DNA from: Hormiphora californensis
Lineage: Eukaryota > Animalia > Ctenophora
Direction: 5' to 3'
NCBI GenBank assembly: GCA_020137815.1
Contig: CM035357.1
Coordinates: 6,076,001 to 6,140,000, forward strand
Length of the DNA: 64,000 bases
Notes under the pieces: model-generated
What the model was told of the DNA's origin: nothing
Database searches by the model: none
Seen by the model: the letters and a program-made list of their open reading frames with translations, nothing else
Position numbers and translations under genes: made by a program
Part shown: positions 1 to 12,493 of the stretch, piece by piece
Numbering within the stretch: position 1 is the stretch's first letter
Layout: each line of letters starts with the position of its first letter

Positions 1-125
1 TTTTAGGTCGTTGTAGACGTTTTTAGTACTTGTGGTCGTTTTAGTCTTTAGTTGTGTTGTAGTAATTTATTTAGTTGATCTAACGAGATATATTTATTGT
101 GTAAAGTTACCATTTTCTTTCTTTA

Positions 126-160
126 GTTCTGAAGAAGGCGTTGACGCCGAAACTGTTAAC
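126..160 (+). ncRNA. Putative minimal hammerhead ribozyme motif (Penelope pLTR remnant)
   Basis: gtt CTGAAGA a ggcg-ttga-cgcc GAAA ctgtt aac: CUGANGA core, 4-bp stem II, GAAA, gtt/aac stem I. Resembles PLE-type minimal hammerheads. Confidence 0.5.
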
Positions 161-425
161 AAACCACCGTGTTTTACATATGTTGTTCAACCCTAGAGGC
201 CGCCGGTATACTCTACTAACACTATTTATCATCATGCGGCTCATAAACATTTGGCCAATCCAATCTTTGTTAAGTCGGATATATAAATGATTATTTTACC
301 AAGAACCACAAGCTAACTAAACTTAATAATCAACTGAGAAATGAGAATCCAGGTTAAGAGCTGGCATTCCCTACATCAAATTAGAAAATTTTATAATGAA
401 GTTTAAATTTTATGTAGATTTTAAG

Positions 426-3400
426 ATGAAGCGGGTCCAATCTGGAATTCCAGTAAACTCCCGGATCTGTATGATCTACACTGGAGGTACCATTGGAATG
501 AAGAAATGCATCGACTCGGGAGGTGAGTGTAAACTGTTTCACTTTCCAGTCTGGAACATCGAGAGGGTCTCATATCATGCTTACTTCTAGTGCAAGTGAA
601 CCGAGGGTCTACTCCAGTGGTGGGCGGTGGCCGGTAGTCAAGATGAAGACATGCTACTCGAGGTTCATATCTTGATTTATCGCCAGACTCAAATTATAAC
701 CATTCTTGCAGCTAAAAAACTAAACTTTAACTTTTCTTTCAGCATACGTCCCGGTAAAAGGATACTTAGAAAAGAAAATGAAGAAGTTCTCGCCCCTACA
801 CGACCCTAAATACGAATACCACGAGGCGGATATGTTGACTGATCACACCCCCATTGCTACACCGTATGTTGTTATGTTCTAACCCTCCTTTATATTTGTC
901 AAACAGGGTCGAGCAAGGCAAACCGTGTGTATGATGTAGGATTAATCAGAAATCAAATGTTAAAACAAAAACGTATTTTGATAGCTCACATAGTCCTCCT
1001 CAGAATCTCGATGTACGGTCGGCGGATCATCTACGCAATTGAGGAAATGGATCCCATTGTAGATAGTTCAAACATGGACATGACATACTGGGCCAAGTTG
1101 GCCAAAACCATAGAGAAATTTTATACAAAGTTTGATGGGTTCGTGGTAGTTCACGGGACTGATACGATGGCTTACACGGCATCCGCACTGAGTTTTATGT
1201 TGGAGAACCTGGGGAAATCTGTAATCTTAACCGGCTCCCAGGTAAGGGGATTGACCATATGGTCGTGTGGCAGTTTGGGGGGGGGGGGGGGGGGTGTAAC
1301 CAATAACCATGCGGTGTGATCATTGATCAATCATTGTAAATCTTCATTTGTAAAAGAGCAGGGTGCGGTGAAACAGGGCCGAACAAGGACAAGCCGATCA
1401 GCTATGATTTATTTAGTACAGGGTGTTCATATTGGATCTTTACAAGCGTTGGGCTTCACCCAGAAAAAAGTTGACTAAATTAGCTAATGAAAATTCATAC
1501 TTGGACTATTCTATACCCTCATTCAAGGTTCCTGGTGTTTCCGGAGCTCTAATACCCCTGGAAGTGTGTTTTTGGCATTAAAACTACCAGAAGGAATTTT
1601 TTGCTGGTGCTGAGACTTTGCTAGAATGTTTTTTGGGTATTTTCTATGTCAATTCCAAAGTTTCATGATAATAGGATGTGTGGTTCAGTCACCAAGTTTC
1701 AAATACACTGGCTGAAAAGGCTAAAAAACAGCTCAAAAACGGCAAAAATTGATATTTTAGAGTCTTTCAAGGCACTTTTTTCGAAATTTTGAGTTCATAA
1801 AACACATCCAATTATCATGAAACTTTGGAATTGACATAGAAAATACCCAAAAAACATTCTAGCAAAGTCTCAGCACCAGCAAAAAATTCCTTCTGGTAGT
1901 TTTAATGCCAAAAACACACTTCCAGGGGTATTAGAGCTCCGGAAACACCAGGAACCTTGAATGAGGGTATAGAATAGTCCAAGTATGAAGTTTCATTAGC
2001 TAATTTAGTCAACTTTTTTCTGGGTGAAGCCCAACGCTTGTAAAGATCCCATATGAACACCGTGTATGTATTTCTAGCAACTGATTTGACTATGATTCAC
2101 TAGGTAGACACTCAATATGACCTCAACGATATTCCTTTTTCTAGATTCCTTTGTCAGAGCAGAGGAATGATGGTGTGAACAATCTCCTTGGAGCCCTTAT
2201 CTTTGCTTCTCACTACACAATCCCGGAGGTATATTAATTGAACTTCTTTTTAAAATTTATAATAGCAACCGGCAAATCTTCTGAAAATTGGTATTCCAAT
2301 AATTCTTCTTTGTTGTCACATGTCAGTTGTCACATCTCTACGTACCGTGTCCAGGTTCAAGCTCACATGACGGTGTTCGGTGGTCTATTTGTTTTACAGA
2401 GTCTCTATCACTATGCAACTTCCCACCATAAAACTATCCTAGCCGGCGTACAATGGTCTACTTGTTTATTCAAGTTTGGAACTTCCCAGTTCCCATAGTT
2501 TCCCATAGAACTATACCCCGCAAAAGTGGACAAACCGGTTTTTTATTCCTGTTTTCTCTCTCATTCCAATTTCCCATTGATGGTGTTATATGTGGCTCTA
2601 CATATATTTAGTATGACGCGAAGGCACATAGCCAGGAATTTACCGTGAATAATGGAAGAATGTCTGATTTTTTCCTCCAGCTAGACCAAAAACTGAAAAG
2701 TAAACAAATTCACCCAGAGGGAGCTTTCTCAAAAATCATAGGGCCGGAATTTTGAGCCCTAAAGCAAACAACGATACAGCTTAGCAAGACAAACACACTA
2801 TGAAACTAGTTGGTTTGAATGGGTCTTCTTGGCACGTGTCTCACAGAGTACATATTTTATGAAGTTATAACTTCTGATTACCTTCCCACAGGTTTCAATT
2901 TACTTCAACAATAAACTATTCCGGGGGAACCGTTCCACGAAGAGAAAGAGTGAAGACATTGATGCTTTTGATTCACCCAACATGTCCCCCCTTGCTATTA
3001 TGGGAACACATATTACAGGTCCGGGTTCATTTGATTCATCTCTCCCTCAACCTCTCTTTCTTCCCTCCGACAACCCTATAATTCTCTGTGTTTTTCACAA
3101 TAAAGTGAAACCACCCAATCTCCCTCTTCACCAACTCCCCCCTTATTTTCAGTAAAGTGGCACTACCCAATATAATCCCCCTCCTCACCCTCTCCCATCC
3201 CACCACCTCCCCCCATCCACCCCATCCCCCACTCTATCACCATTCACCCCTCCTCACCCTCCCTAATTTTCAGTAAAGTGGCACCACCTCATGGATGTCA
3301 TGAGTATCGAGAAGTTTAGAGTTCACAGTGATATGTGTGGAGATGTTGCCATGTTCCGTATCTTCCCTGGAATGACAGTTGACACAGTGAGTAAAATGGA

Positions 3401-6400
3401 GGAACTGACCGAATCAGGAAATACTGGTCCCTGATTGGCTGCTAACCAGTCACGTGACCTAAATAACGAGTTCTGATTGGTGTCGGTCGGTTCCTAGTAA
3501 AATGACACAGGAATATAATGGCATGATTGATTTGAATTTATAGTTTTTGCAGATCTTGAACTCTCTCAAATATCTATATAATTTTCATCACCACTATAGT
3601 GAGACACTTTCTAGGAAAGATACAATTCCACTACAGAATACAGCAGAATGATTCAATAAATACTTGAGCGAATGGCGATCTCTCCCTTTCCGTCTCTCTT
3701 TCCATTTCGCTTACCAGGGCAGAGTACATCCTTTTTTTGCAAAACAGTGTATTGAGCATAGAAATCAATGACTCAGTATCAAACTGACGCTTTACTCGTG
3801 TTTTCTCTTGGTTTTCCGTTACACAAGAAGCTGATTTTCCGACGTTTGATTCGGCATTTTTGCGAGCTATATCACATACCCTTGCTAGGCGGTCATCTAC
3901 TGCAGCCTTCTCCACAAATTCAATAATAGAGTTTGCACCTTTTATATCACAATACATTATATGATTGTACAATCTAAGAGCTTTTAATATACATTTTTGC
4001 TTTTTGTCGTCGACATTCCTCGCTTTCTTGTAGAAAACTGATAAAAATCCCAATAAAATCCTTTAGAGTGTGATCTCTTCTCTCACAAATATCAGCAGCA
4101 AGCCATCGAATATGCACAATCTTCTCCTCCATTCCCTTTACCTTATTCAGCTCGTCAAGCCACCCTGAACCTCCGCTACAAACGTATGCTTTGAACAGGT
4201 TGATGGCATATCGGGCACTGGACTCATATGATGTTGCAGATGTCAAGTGAACCAGAGCCCTGAAAATAAGGGAAGATGTTATAAAGCTGAAAAACAGCAT
4301 TCAGTCCTCCTTCCCTGAGCTGTCACCTTTTAACTGCATTTGAATAAAGAAAAACAAATCCCATTTAAATGAAATACTCACACAATAAATAGGAATACTG
4401 CGACTGATCGCGACGCCATCCCCCTTTAAAACGAACTCCACGGCTCCTACAAAACTACAGTCAGTGTTGGGATGAATCTCAAACACACCTGGTGTCGAGA
4501 TAGTTATAGGCTAGTAAGTATTATAGCTATACTGTCAGAGCATTGGCCTGACCCATTGTCGTTTCTCTCGGAGCGCGCGAGAACTGTGGTCAGAGCATTG
4601 GCCTGACAGTAGCTATATCATTCGCAGTTATTATGGCTAGAATGCACCTGCCTTCATGTATTACTATAGGAGATAAATCTGTCATGAGCCGTGATGAACC
4701 AGTGTTGAACATAGCTCTGCCCTTGTATGAATCACGTGCATGGGCAAAAATGTACAATTTTAGTCGTTTAGCTGGTTTTTGTCATGTTAGTTGGCAATGG
4801 GAAGATATCACGTGGACCAGCATTCTGGAAGCCGGCCAAAACACAAAATACAATATCACAGTCCGTCATACAGCTTTTAATTATGCATTGGTATGTTCTA
4901 GAAGTAGCAAGGAGTACGGCCATCCAAAACATCATGTGACTTCTGTTCTAGAACTGAATGAATACTATCTGTAATAGGAGTGCAATTGTTACATGCTTTC
5001 ATCATGGTGCTATACTTCATTCCATTGCTGACTACATGCAGCTACCTGCACAACTATTTCCGGCAATTACGTCCAACTGAGCAAAATAAACATTGGTAAA
5101 CACTATACAGTGTGGCTGGTAACTGCAGCTGGGACCTGGGTTGTGGACAATTCACAATTTAACTAAATAAACACATTATATTATGATTATGACAAATACA
5201 TTGGTACATGGTTTAATATTAAAGTCGAAACAATCGGGATACCACAATTATGTCACAACTTCCCCCACTCAACTTCCCCCACTCTCATACTCAATCTCAC
5301 CCCTCCCTCTCCCTCTCTCAGTTGACCCACTTCCTGCGGCCACCAATCCGTGGTGTTATCCTGCTAAGTTACGGTGCTGGCAACGGTCCAGATGCACGTG
5401 AGGACCTGCTGAACGTGCTCAGGGAGGCGTGCGATAGGGGGATAATAATAGTTAATATTACACAGTGCATTGAAGGGACAGTCAGCACTGAGTATAACAC
5501 AGGTATGATCTAGCTGCTAGCAGGTGTCTGGACCCATGACCGACTGGACTTTTCACTTATGACCGACCAAATTTTAGGGCTACGTTTTAGGTTAATGGTT
5601 AGGGTTAGGGTTTGGGGTGTGGTTAGAGATAATGGTGAATGAATTTCATTCGGTCATGCGTCCAGTCGGTCATGAGTCCGGGAGCCGATCTAGCATGATA
5701 TTGTTATTATATTATACCATGATTTTCTCACCTCACCACACCACACCTCACCTCACCTCACCTCACCTCACCTCACCTCACCTCACCTCACCTCACCTCA
5801 CCTCACCTCACCTCACCTCACCTCACCTAACCTAACCTCACCTCACCTCACCTCACCTCACCTCACCTCACCTCACCTCACCTCACCTCACCTCACCTCA
5901 CCTCACCTCACCTCACCTCACCTCACCTCACCTCACCTCACCTCACCTCACCTCACCTCACCTCACCTCAACCTCACCTCACCTCAACCTCACCTCACCT
6001 CAACCTCACCTCACCTCACCTCACATTCAGGTGCTGACATGTGGCCGATCATCAAATCACCTCCTATCTACCACTCGGGTAACTGACCAATTAGTTCTAG
6101 TAGAGTCGATAAGAACACTCACCTCCTCCGATTTCAGTAAAACTTCTCACATGCTAAAATATGATAATGGAGGTACAAATACCGCTTATTTTAGGTCCAA
6201 AAAGTTTTTGGTTCGTTAATTATCGCTAATTGAAAAACGCCAAAAATGGGCTAAAATGGCCCTTAAGGTGGATTTGAAATTTTGGAGTTGGAACTCCAGA
6301 CTTCGTACAGGTGTCCGCTAGGATGCCAATATGCACCACAGGCGGGCTCAGGCCTAAATTCGTCCGAATTTTTGCGTAAGACCGGATGGCGTAAATCTTG

Positions 6401-9400
6401 GTCACGTGACCTCGGCTAACTTCTGAACCGCTCAAGTAAGGGATGTTTATAACCTGCTTAATCGATGCAGAATATGATGAAAATGACACGTTTTGACATC
6501 ATTTTTCATCCCAGACGCACAGGAAAGACACAAATCGCCTTACAAAATTGACGCCATCTAGTCTCCCGCTCTTTTTTTGCAAAACTCTAACTTCTGAACC
6601 GTTGAAGTAAGGGAGGTTCATAGCCTGCTTAATCGATGCAGAAAGAAAAATAAATGAGAGGAAATGGCCTTATTTTTCATCTCCGGCGTGCAGGAAAGGC
6701 ACAAATAGCAAAAAACTGATTTTTTGCCCAAATCACGTGACCAAAATTCACGCCATCCGGCCTTACGCAAAAATTCGGACGAATTTAGGCCTGAGCCCGC
6801 CTGTGGTGCATATTGGCATCCTAGCGGACACCTGTACGAAGTCTGGAGTTCCAACTCCAAAATTTCAAATCCACCTTAAGGGCCATTTTAGCCCATTTTT
6901 GGCGTTTTTCAATTAGCGATAATTAACGAACCAAAAGTTTTTCGGACCTAAAATAAGCGGTATTTGTACCTCCATTATCATATGTTAGCATGTGAGAAGT
7001 TTCACTGAAATCGGAGGAGGTGAGTGTTCTTATCGACTCTACTATTCAGTATTTCACCATCGAATCATACACACAGATACAAGTAAAACTGGGGTAAATC
7101 TAGGAATCTAAACCCTCTCTCTCTTCCGCTATTTTTCTAATCCGATCCCGTATTTGCATTTTGGGCTCCTAGCACCATGTTACGTGATCCGATAGTGATT
7201 CCTTTTTTCCCTATTTATATTGTATTAACGTCTTCCTGCAGGTAAGGTCCTGATGGATGCTGGGATAGTTCCCGGGGGTGACATGACTCCTGAAGCTGCC
7301 CTAACCAAGTTGTCCTATGCACTGACCAAGGACATCCCCGTCAAGGAAAAGAGAAAGGTGAGACTTGAGTTAATGCTGGTTCTGTTATGACCCGACCATC
7401 TTTTTACTCCTAAACTAAGACTTCGTGGCTCGTGCTGTTTGGATTTAGCGGCATTTAATTTTAGTGTACAAACAGACAGACTAGTAAATAACTAAATAAG
7501 TACAGCTGATGTAACAGGCACATGCATGTACACTGAGTAGTGCATGGTAGCAGAGAGAGACAGAGAGATAGAAAGAGGAAGAATGACAGCTAACATACCG
7601 CGCGGCCCAAAAAAACTAAGGGTACGTTGGCCTTCTTTTCTCCTAGAAATTTAATTTCAATCACTCTGATATTTTTTCACAATATTTGTATGGTTACTCA
7701 TTCGAAGAATCCAGAGTTTCAGCCCTCTGGATGAAAATTCATTTTTTTAGCCCGAATGAACATTCAATGAACGCCAAAACGGGACCATATTTTGGTACCA
7801 AAGTTTTACAAATTTGTTTGGCTATCGATTTTCTTTCGAACACGACCAGTTTGAGCTTAATTGGATCACCACAAGAATCACAGTGACCAGTTTACCAAGC
7901 CTAGGTTGGGTCATGTGATCCCCATCAAATTATGACGTGTTAGCAAGAGAACTTACATTCTAACCGACGCTGTATCGGTATACCGTCCTAATTAGCAGAT
8001 GTGATACGTGATACGCGACCGTTACACCTGCTTATTGGCACTTATTAATGACGCTAGCGGTTCAATAGGGGTCATGACCGGTCACTTGACCAGACCTAGT
8101 GTCGGAAAAGTGGCCACTGTGTCTCTTGTGGTGGTCCAATTGAGCTAAAATTAGTCGCGTTTGAAAGGAAATCGTTACCCAAAGGCGATTGTGAAATTCC
8201 GGTTTGGAATAGTTTTCTTGTTTTCAAGTTCATTTAGGATTCATTCCAGTCGTAAAAATGAATTTTTAGATAGAGAGCCGAAATTCTGGCTAACATCAAT
8301 ATCGATCAAGTGTAATAGCCGTACGAATTTTTAGCGCCTGAATTTACCAATTTCTTGTCAAAACGGGTTAAAATCGAAGTTTGGTAAAAATGACCGTTTT
8401 TTAATCATTTATTTCACCAACTAAACTTGATCCATTTTTAATAAAAACTCGGATTGCCATTTATTATAGTTTACTCTAATGCATGGTTGCTATTTTTAAG
8501 AATAAAATCGAATTTAACCATGAGAAAACGTTGAAAAACCCGAAAAACGAAAAAATGGGTTCATTCATGAACTTCACACTTTTATGTTTTGAAACTCCGG
8601 ATTCCTCGAATGAGTAACCATACAAATATTGTGACAAAATATCAGAGTGATCGAAATTAAAATTCTGGGAGAAAAGAAGGCCAACGTACCCTTAGTTTTT
8701 TTTGGGCCGCGCGGTATTTGTGTGTACAAGGGCGACAGGAACTAAGGATAAATTTGAAGAATGTAATGAATAAACATTGCAAATATGTGAGAAATATTTA
8801 ATAATTGATACTTCCTATAGTCTGGGGCGACCTTTATTGGTCCCGCACAACGATCAAGTAGAATTATTAGGTAGTAGCTTGTATTAAAATTTAGAGCAAT
8901 CCTGGCGTAGCTGAGGGCTGGAATAAGGAACTGTACTAGTAATAAAACCCCATTCATCTTATCCACTATCCGGACTCCAGCTGCTTCTTCTAGGACACTG
9001 AATAATAAATGTATGGCTGAATAATATATGTATGGCTTTAAAAATCAATTAAACCCGATCCTATTTTTCTCTGTCTAACATTCAATTTTGCAGATGATAG
9101 TCACCAACCTCCGGGGTGAAATGAGTGTGGAGGTCAAAGCAGATCTTACAACCCTTCTAATTGATAGCGAAACTTTCCTTGGCAAGGTATTTAGTACAGG
9201 GTGTTTCTTGTCGGGAAATGAAGCATCTAGACAGCCCTAATCACTTGTCACAGCTCTCACACCCCGGTTCTCTCTGGACTAATCACTATAACACCCCTAA
9301 TGACCACCCCCCCCCCCTCCTCAGTTGATAGCCTCACTGGACATTAATTCCTCCTCTGAAATGAAGGCACTACGTGATGCCATCCTACCTACTGTCATGT

Positions 9401-11320
9401 GCACAGCAGCTGTTAGTGGCAATGTGGAGAAACTCAAGGAAGCTGTAAAACAGGTAGAGACTGATCACACGAACTATCCTATCCTATATAGAGAGTTAGT
9501 GTGTGTTATTATACAGGGGGATCTAACATTCTAACAATCCTTCTCCGCCCAGAAAGTTAGTGTGAACCTGGCAGACTATGATTGGAGGACCCCACTTCAT
9601 CTAGCAGCTTGTGAGGGGAGTGTAGAGGTAGTAGAGTATCTTCTGTCTGTTGGTGCTAGTGTTCACGCAAGGGATAGATTTGGTGGGACCCCACTCATTG
9701 ACGCCATCAAGAACAGGTGAGTTCGGTGATTATTACCATTGTGTTAGACCAGGTCTATCAAATCGATCTATCTTGAAAATTGTGATATGAGTGAGATCTA
9801 TTATATCCTGGTATGATTTGTTTTCTGTCATTGGATGTGTGTTAGTTAGTTAGTCATGCTCATGTACTGAGTACATGTGCATGACAGTACATTGTACTGG
9901 TTTGACGTATAAATGCAGAGTTAGTAAACACGAGAGTGGGGAGACAGAGATAGAGACAAAGACAGAGATGAGGAGAAAGAGAGAGAGAAATTTACGGAAA
10001 ATGTAGCAATTAGTAAAGAAGGACCAGCTGACTATTTGTGATCCAATAAACATTCACTACTCAGCCAATATTTCGATACTATGAACTCTCGACTAGCTTC
10101 TTAGATCAATAATCAATTTTCGAACAAACCCTGATCTCTACACTACCTCTCCCTGTCTAGACATCACGAAATAGTTGATTTGATGCTGAAAGCTGGTGCC
10201 CACGTTCAATGCTCAGAGAAACAAATAGCAGACTATATCTGTGGGTGAGTTGCTGCAGTGACGCGCGAAATTAAACAACACCGCGCGGATTAAAGTTAAA
10301 CTTTTCAGCACTTTCGTTAACAGAAATGCGCGAAGCGTGGGAAAATTAAGTCCATTTCTGTTTTCGATCTCATTCTGTCAGATAAGAGCATTGGCCTGCC
10401 TATTCTCAAATCTCATTTCTCCAACTGTGTCTGACAGATCTCATTCACTTGTTTACATCAATCACCCCTGCAGGACAGTAGCAGAGGGATCCCATGAAGA
10501 GATTCCTCTGTGGAAGGCCTGTGGTGCTGGACTCAGTGAGGTCGGAACGGGTGGATACACTGCATTGCATCTGGTAAGTGTTTAATAAACAGTATACCGA
10601 TGTTTCCTACATCATTTACTGAAAGGTATAAACACTGTTTATACCTTTCAATAAATGATGTAGGAAACATCGGTATACTGTTTAAAGTGTTATGCTAGGC
10701 TGTCTTTGATATGGCAATATGTATTCCCAATACTCCAAAGTTGTATAGAGACCTTGGTCTTCAGACTTGGAGGCCACTGCGACCGAAAGCTAAAAGTGTC
10801 CTATTTTCAGGCGGTGATGACAAACAATTTAGAGTGCTACAAAGTTCTCTTGGACGAGGGAGCTGATATGAATGTAAGTATAGCTTGTCATGTTGTCAAC
10901 TTGTCGACAGTCGCTACTGTCGAGAATTTGATACATATATATTACATACATATCATGCCATACTGATACTGTGTGTCATGGTGTATGTATGGTATGGCGT
11001 GCTGTTGCATATACCACGTCATGATATATAGATCTACACACATTATGTGCTACACCATTACACCAGGGCGTGGAGAGTGTCTGAGATCCTGTCTCTGAAT
11101 GGCGTGATTTATGCAGACACATTAATAATATGTCGACCACCCATAACCCATCCACGCCTTATTTCCTCTTTGTCTAACATTCCTCCCTCTCTCCTAGGTC
11201 GAAGATAGTTCAGGCTACACAGTTACAGACCTAATTCAGCGTCTAGGAAGGGACTCCTGGCCCCTCACTGCCACTGAAAATAGTCCTGTTTCGACCAGTG
11301 CGACACCATGTGATGTGTAG
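426..11320 (+). CDS. ASPG: L-asparaginase / 60-kDa lysophospholipase with C-terminal ankyrin repeats; 15 coding exons (426-522, 743-863, 1004-1241, 2145-2228, 2892-3018, 3274-3386, 5322-5502, 7242-7357, 9094-9186, 9325-9453, 9553-9716, 10161-10244, 10474-10573, 10811-10873, 11198-11320)
   Basis: Motifs IYTGGTIGM, HGTDTMAYTAS, VILTGSQ, FDSPN, SYGAGN, DMTPEAALTKL, NLRGE and ankyrin DYDWRTPLHLAA. All introns GT-AG with consistent phases. Stop TAG at 11318-11320, AATAAA at ~11489. Confidence 0.93.
1419..2064. mobile_element. Non-autonomous Tc1/mariner-type foldback element (MITE) in ASPG intron
   Basis: ~270-bp near-perfect inverted arms, CAGGGTG...CACCGTG termini, TA on both sides. Confidence 0.85.
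3631..4490 (-). pseudogene. Antisense intronic coding-like fragment of unknown protein, frameshifted near 4050
   Basis: Overlapping minus ORFs 3631-4053, 3974-4300 and 4301-4486, with plausible AG/GT boundaries at ~4490/4381 and ~4260/3714. No recognisable domain. Confidence 0.3.
4521..4618. mobile_element. Short MITE (CTGTCAGAGCATTGGCCTGAC family)
   Basis: Inverted termini. Related copies at 37253-37520. Confidence 0.6.
5729..6024. repeat. (CACCT)n pentanucleotide microsatellite
   Basis: Direct reading. Confidence 0.97.
6098..7044. mobile_element. Palindromic non-autonomous DNA transposon, Academ-like
   Basis: Long inverted arms, TAGTAGAG...CTCTACTA termini, 3-bp TTC duplication. TAG termini with a 3-bp TSD fit Academ. 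Confidence 0.75.
7598..8714. mobile_element. Non-autonomous TIR element with TA target site
   Basis: ~120-bp TIRs CCGCGCGGCCCAAAA...TTTTGGGCCGCGCGG, TA flanks, weaker internal inverted arms. Confidence 0.8.
10586..10685. repeat. ~100-bp near-perfect hairpin (MITE-like)
   Basis: taaacagtataccgatg...catcggtatactgttta. Confidence 0.8.
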
Positions 11321-12493
11321 CATCCCACCAGCCGATATTAGGATTTATAAAGTTGTAACTAGGGAGAACATTAAACACTAAAAATAGGAGATGATTCATG
11401 ATTCAGTAATGTTTTAGCTATATTGTATCTAGTTAGTCCTACCCATTATTTTAGAATTTAGGGCTTGTTTTTATCCGTGTTTTTACCTAATAAATATTAA
11501 CTGAACATACACACATGAAATTAACTGTTTTCAACGAATGTGTTTGGTTTTTTTAAAACATGTGAACATATCCGGGTCCCTGACGACATGAACATGAACA
11601 TGCGGCATACCCGATTTTCAACGTTCTCCTGTCTGGCGCCGCGACCCATCTGAGAATCAAATGGTTGGGCACGTCGCGCCCCCCATGTTCGCGCGCAAAT
11701 CAAATGGGGTATCATACCCGCCATACAGACGTTCTCTGTCTCAGAATGCTTTGATATTTTGCATAGCTCTATAGATTTATCTCATTGTGTCAGCCCAAAT
11801 GTTTCGAATCGATTGACCCACTCAATAACGTCATGTCATAGCAATGACACAATTTGGAAGGCGCTTTTGTGCAGTTAAAGTCCGTTTCAAGCGACTTGAC
11901 CCGTAATTCTTGGAATTTGGCGCATTGCGCGTGTATTTACAAAGGGGAAATCCTGAATTTCCAGGAATCTCAGGTCAAGTCGTTTGAAACGCACTTTAGT
12001 ACACTGCATTTTACCGCCGCGCCTCGCGCGTGATATTTTAATTTCTTCGTTTTTCAAGATTTGAGTTCTTGAAATCGCGCGCGAATTTTGCCGATTTTTT
12101 CTTAAGTCGGATTTTTTGAAACTGTCACCCCCCTGAAATAACAAAATTTGCCATATCTCCGGTTCCTGATAAGATAGAGACTTGAAATTTGGAGGTTCGG
12201 AAGAACTTAGCAAGATCTTTGTAACCTCCAAATTTCAAGTTTCTATCTCGTCAGGAACCGGATTTATGGTCATTTACGAAATTTGAAAATACCCAGGGGG
12301 GTGACAGTTTCAAAAAATCCGACTTTTCGTTTTTTTTTTCTTCAATTTTTCTGTAAAGTCGGATTTTTTGAAACTGTCACCCGGCACCCCCCTTCTCGTG
12401 CGCGGAATGTTTTTGCGCGTCACATCACATGTTAAAGTGAAAGCGAAACAACAACGAACTGGCTGCGCGTCGCGCATTCGTTACGCAATACGC

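Noticed and set aside
5585-5630. Telomeric repeat
   Set aside because: Only a few degenerate TTAGGG-like units inside a small hairpin MITE.
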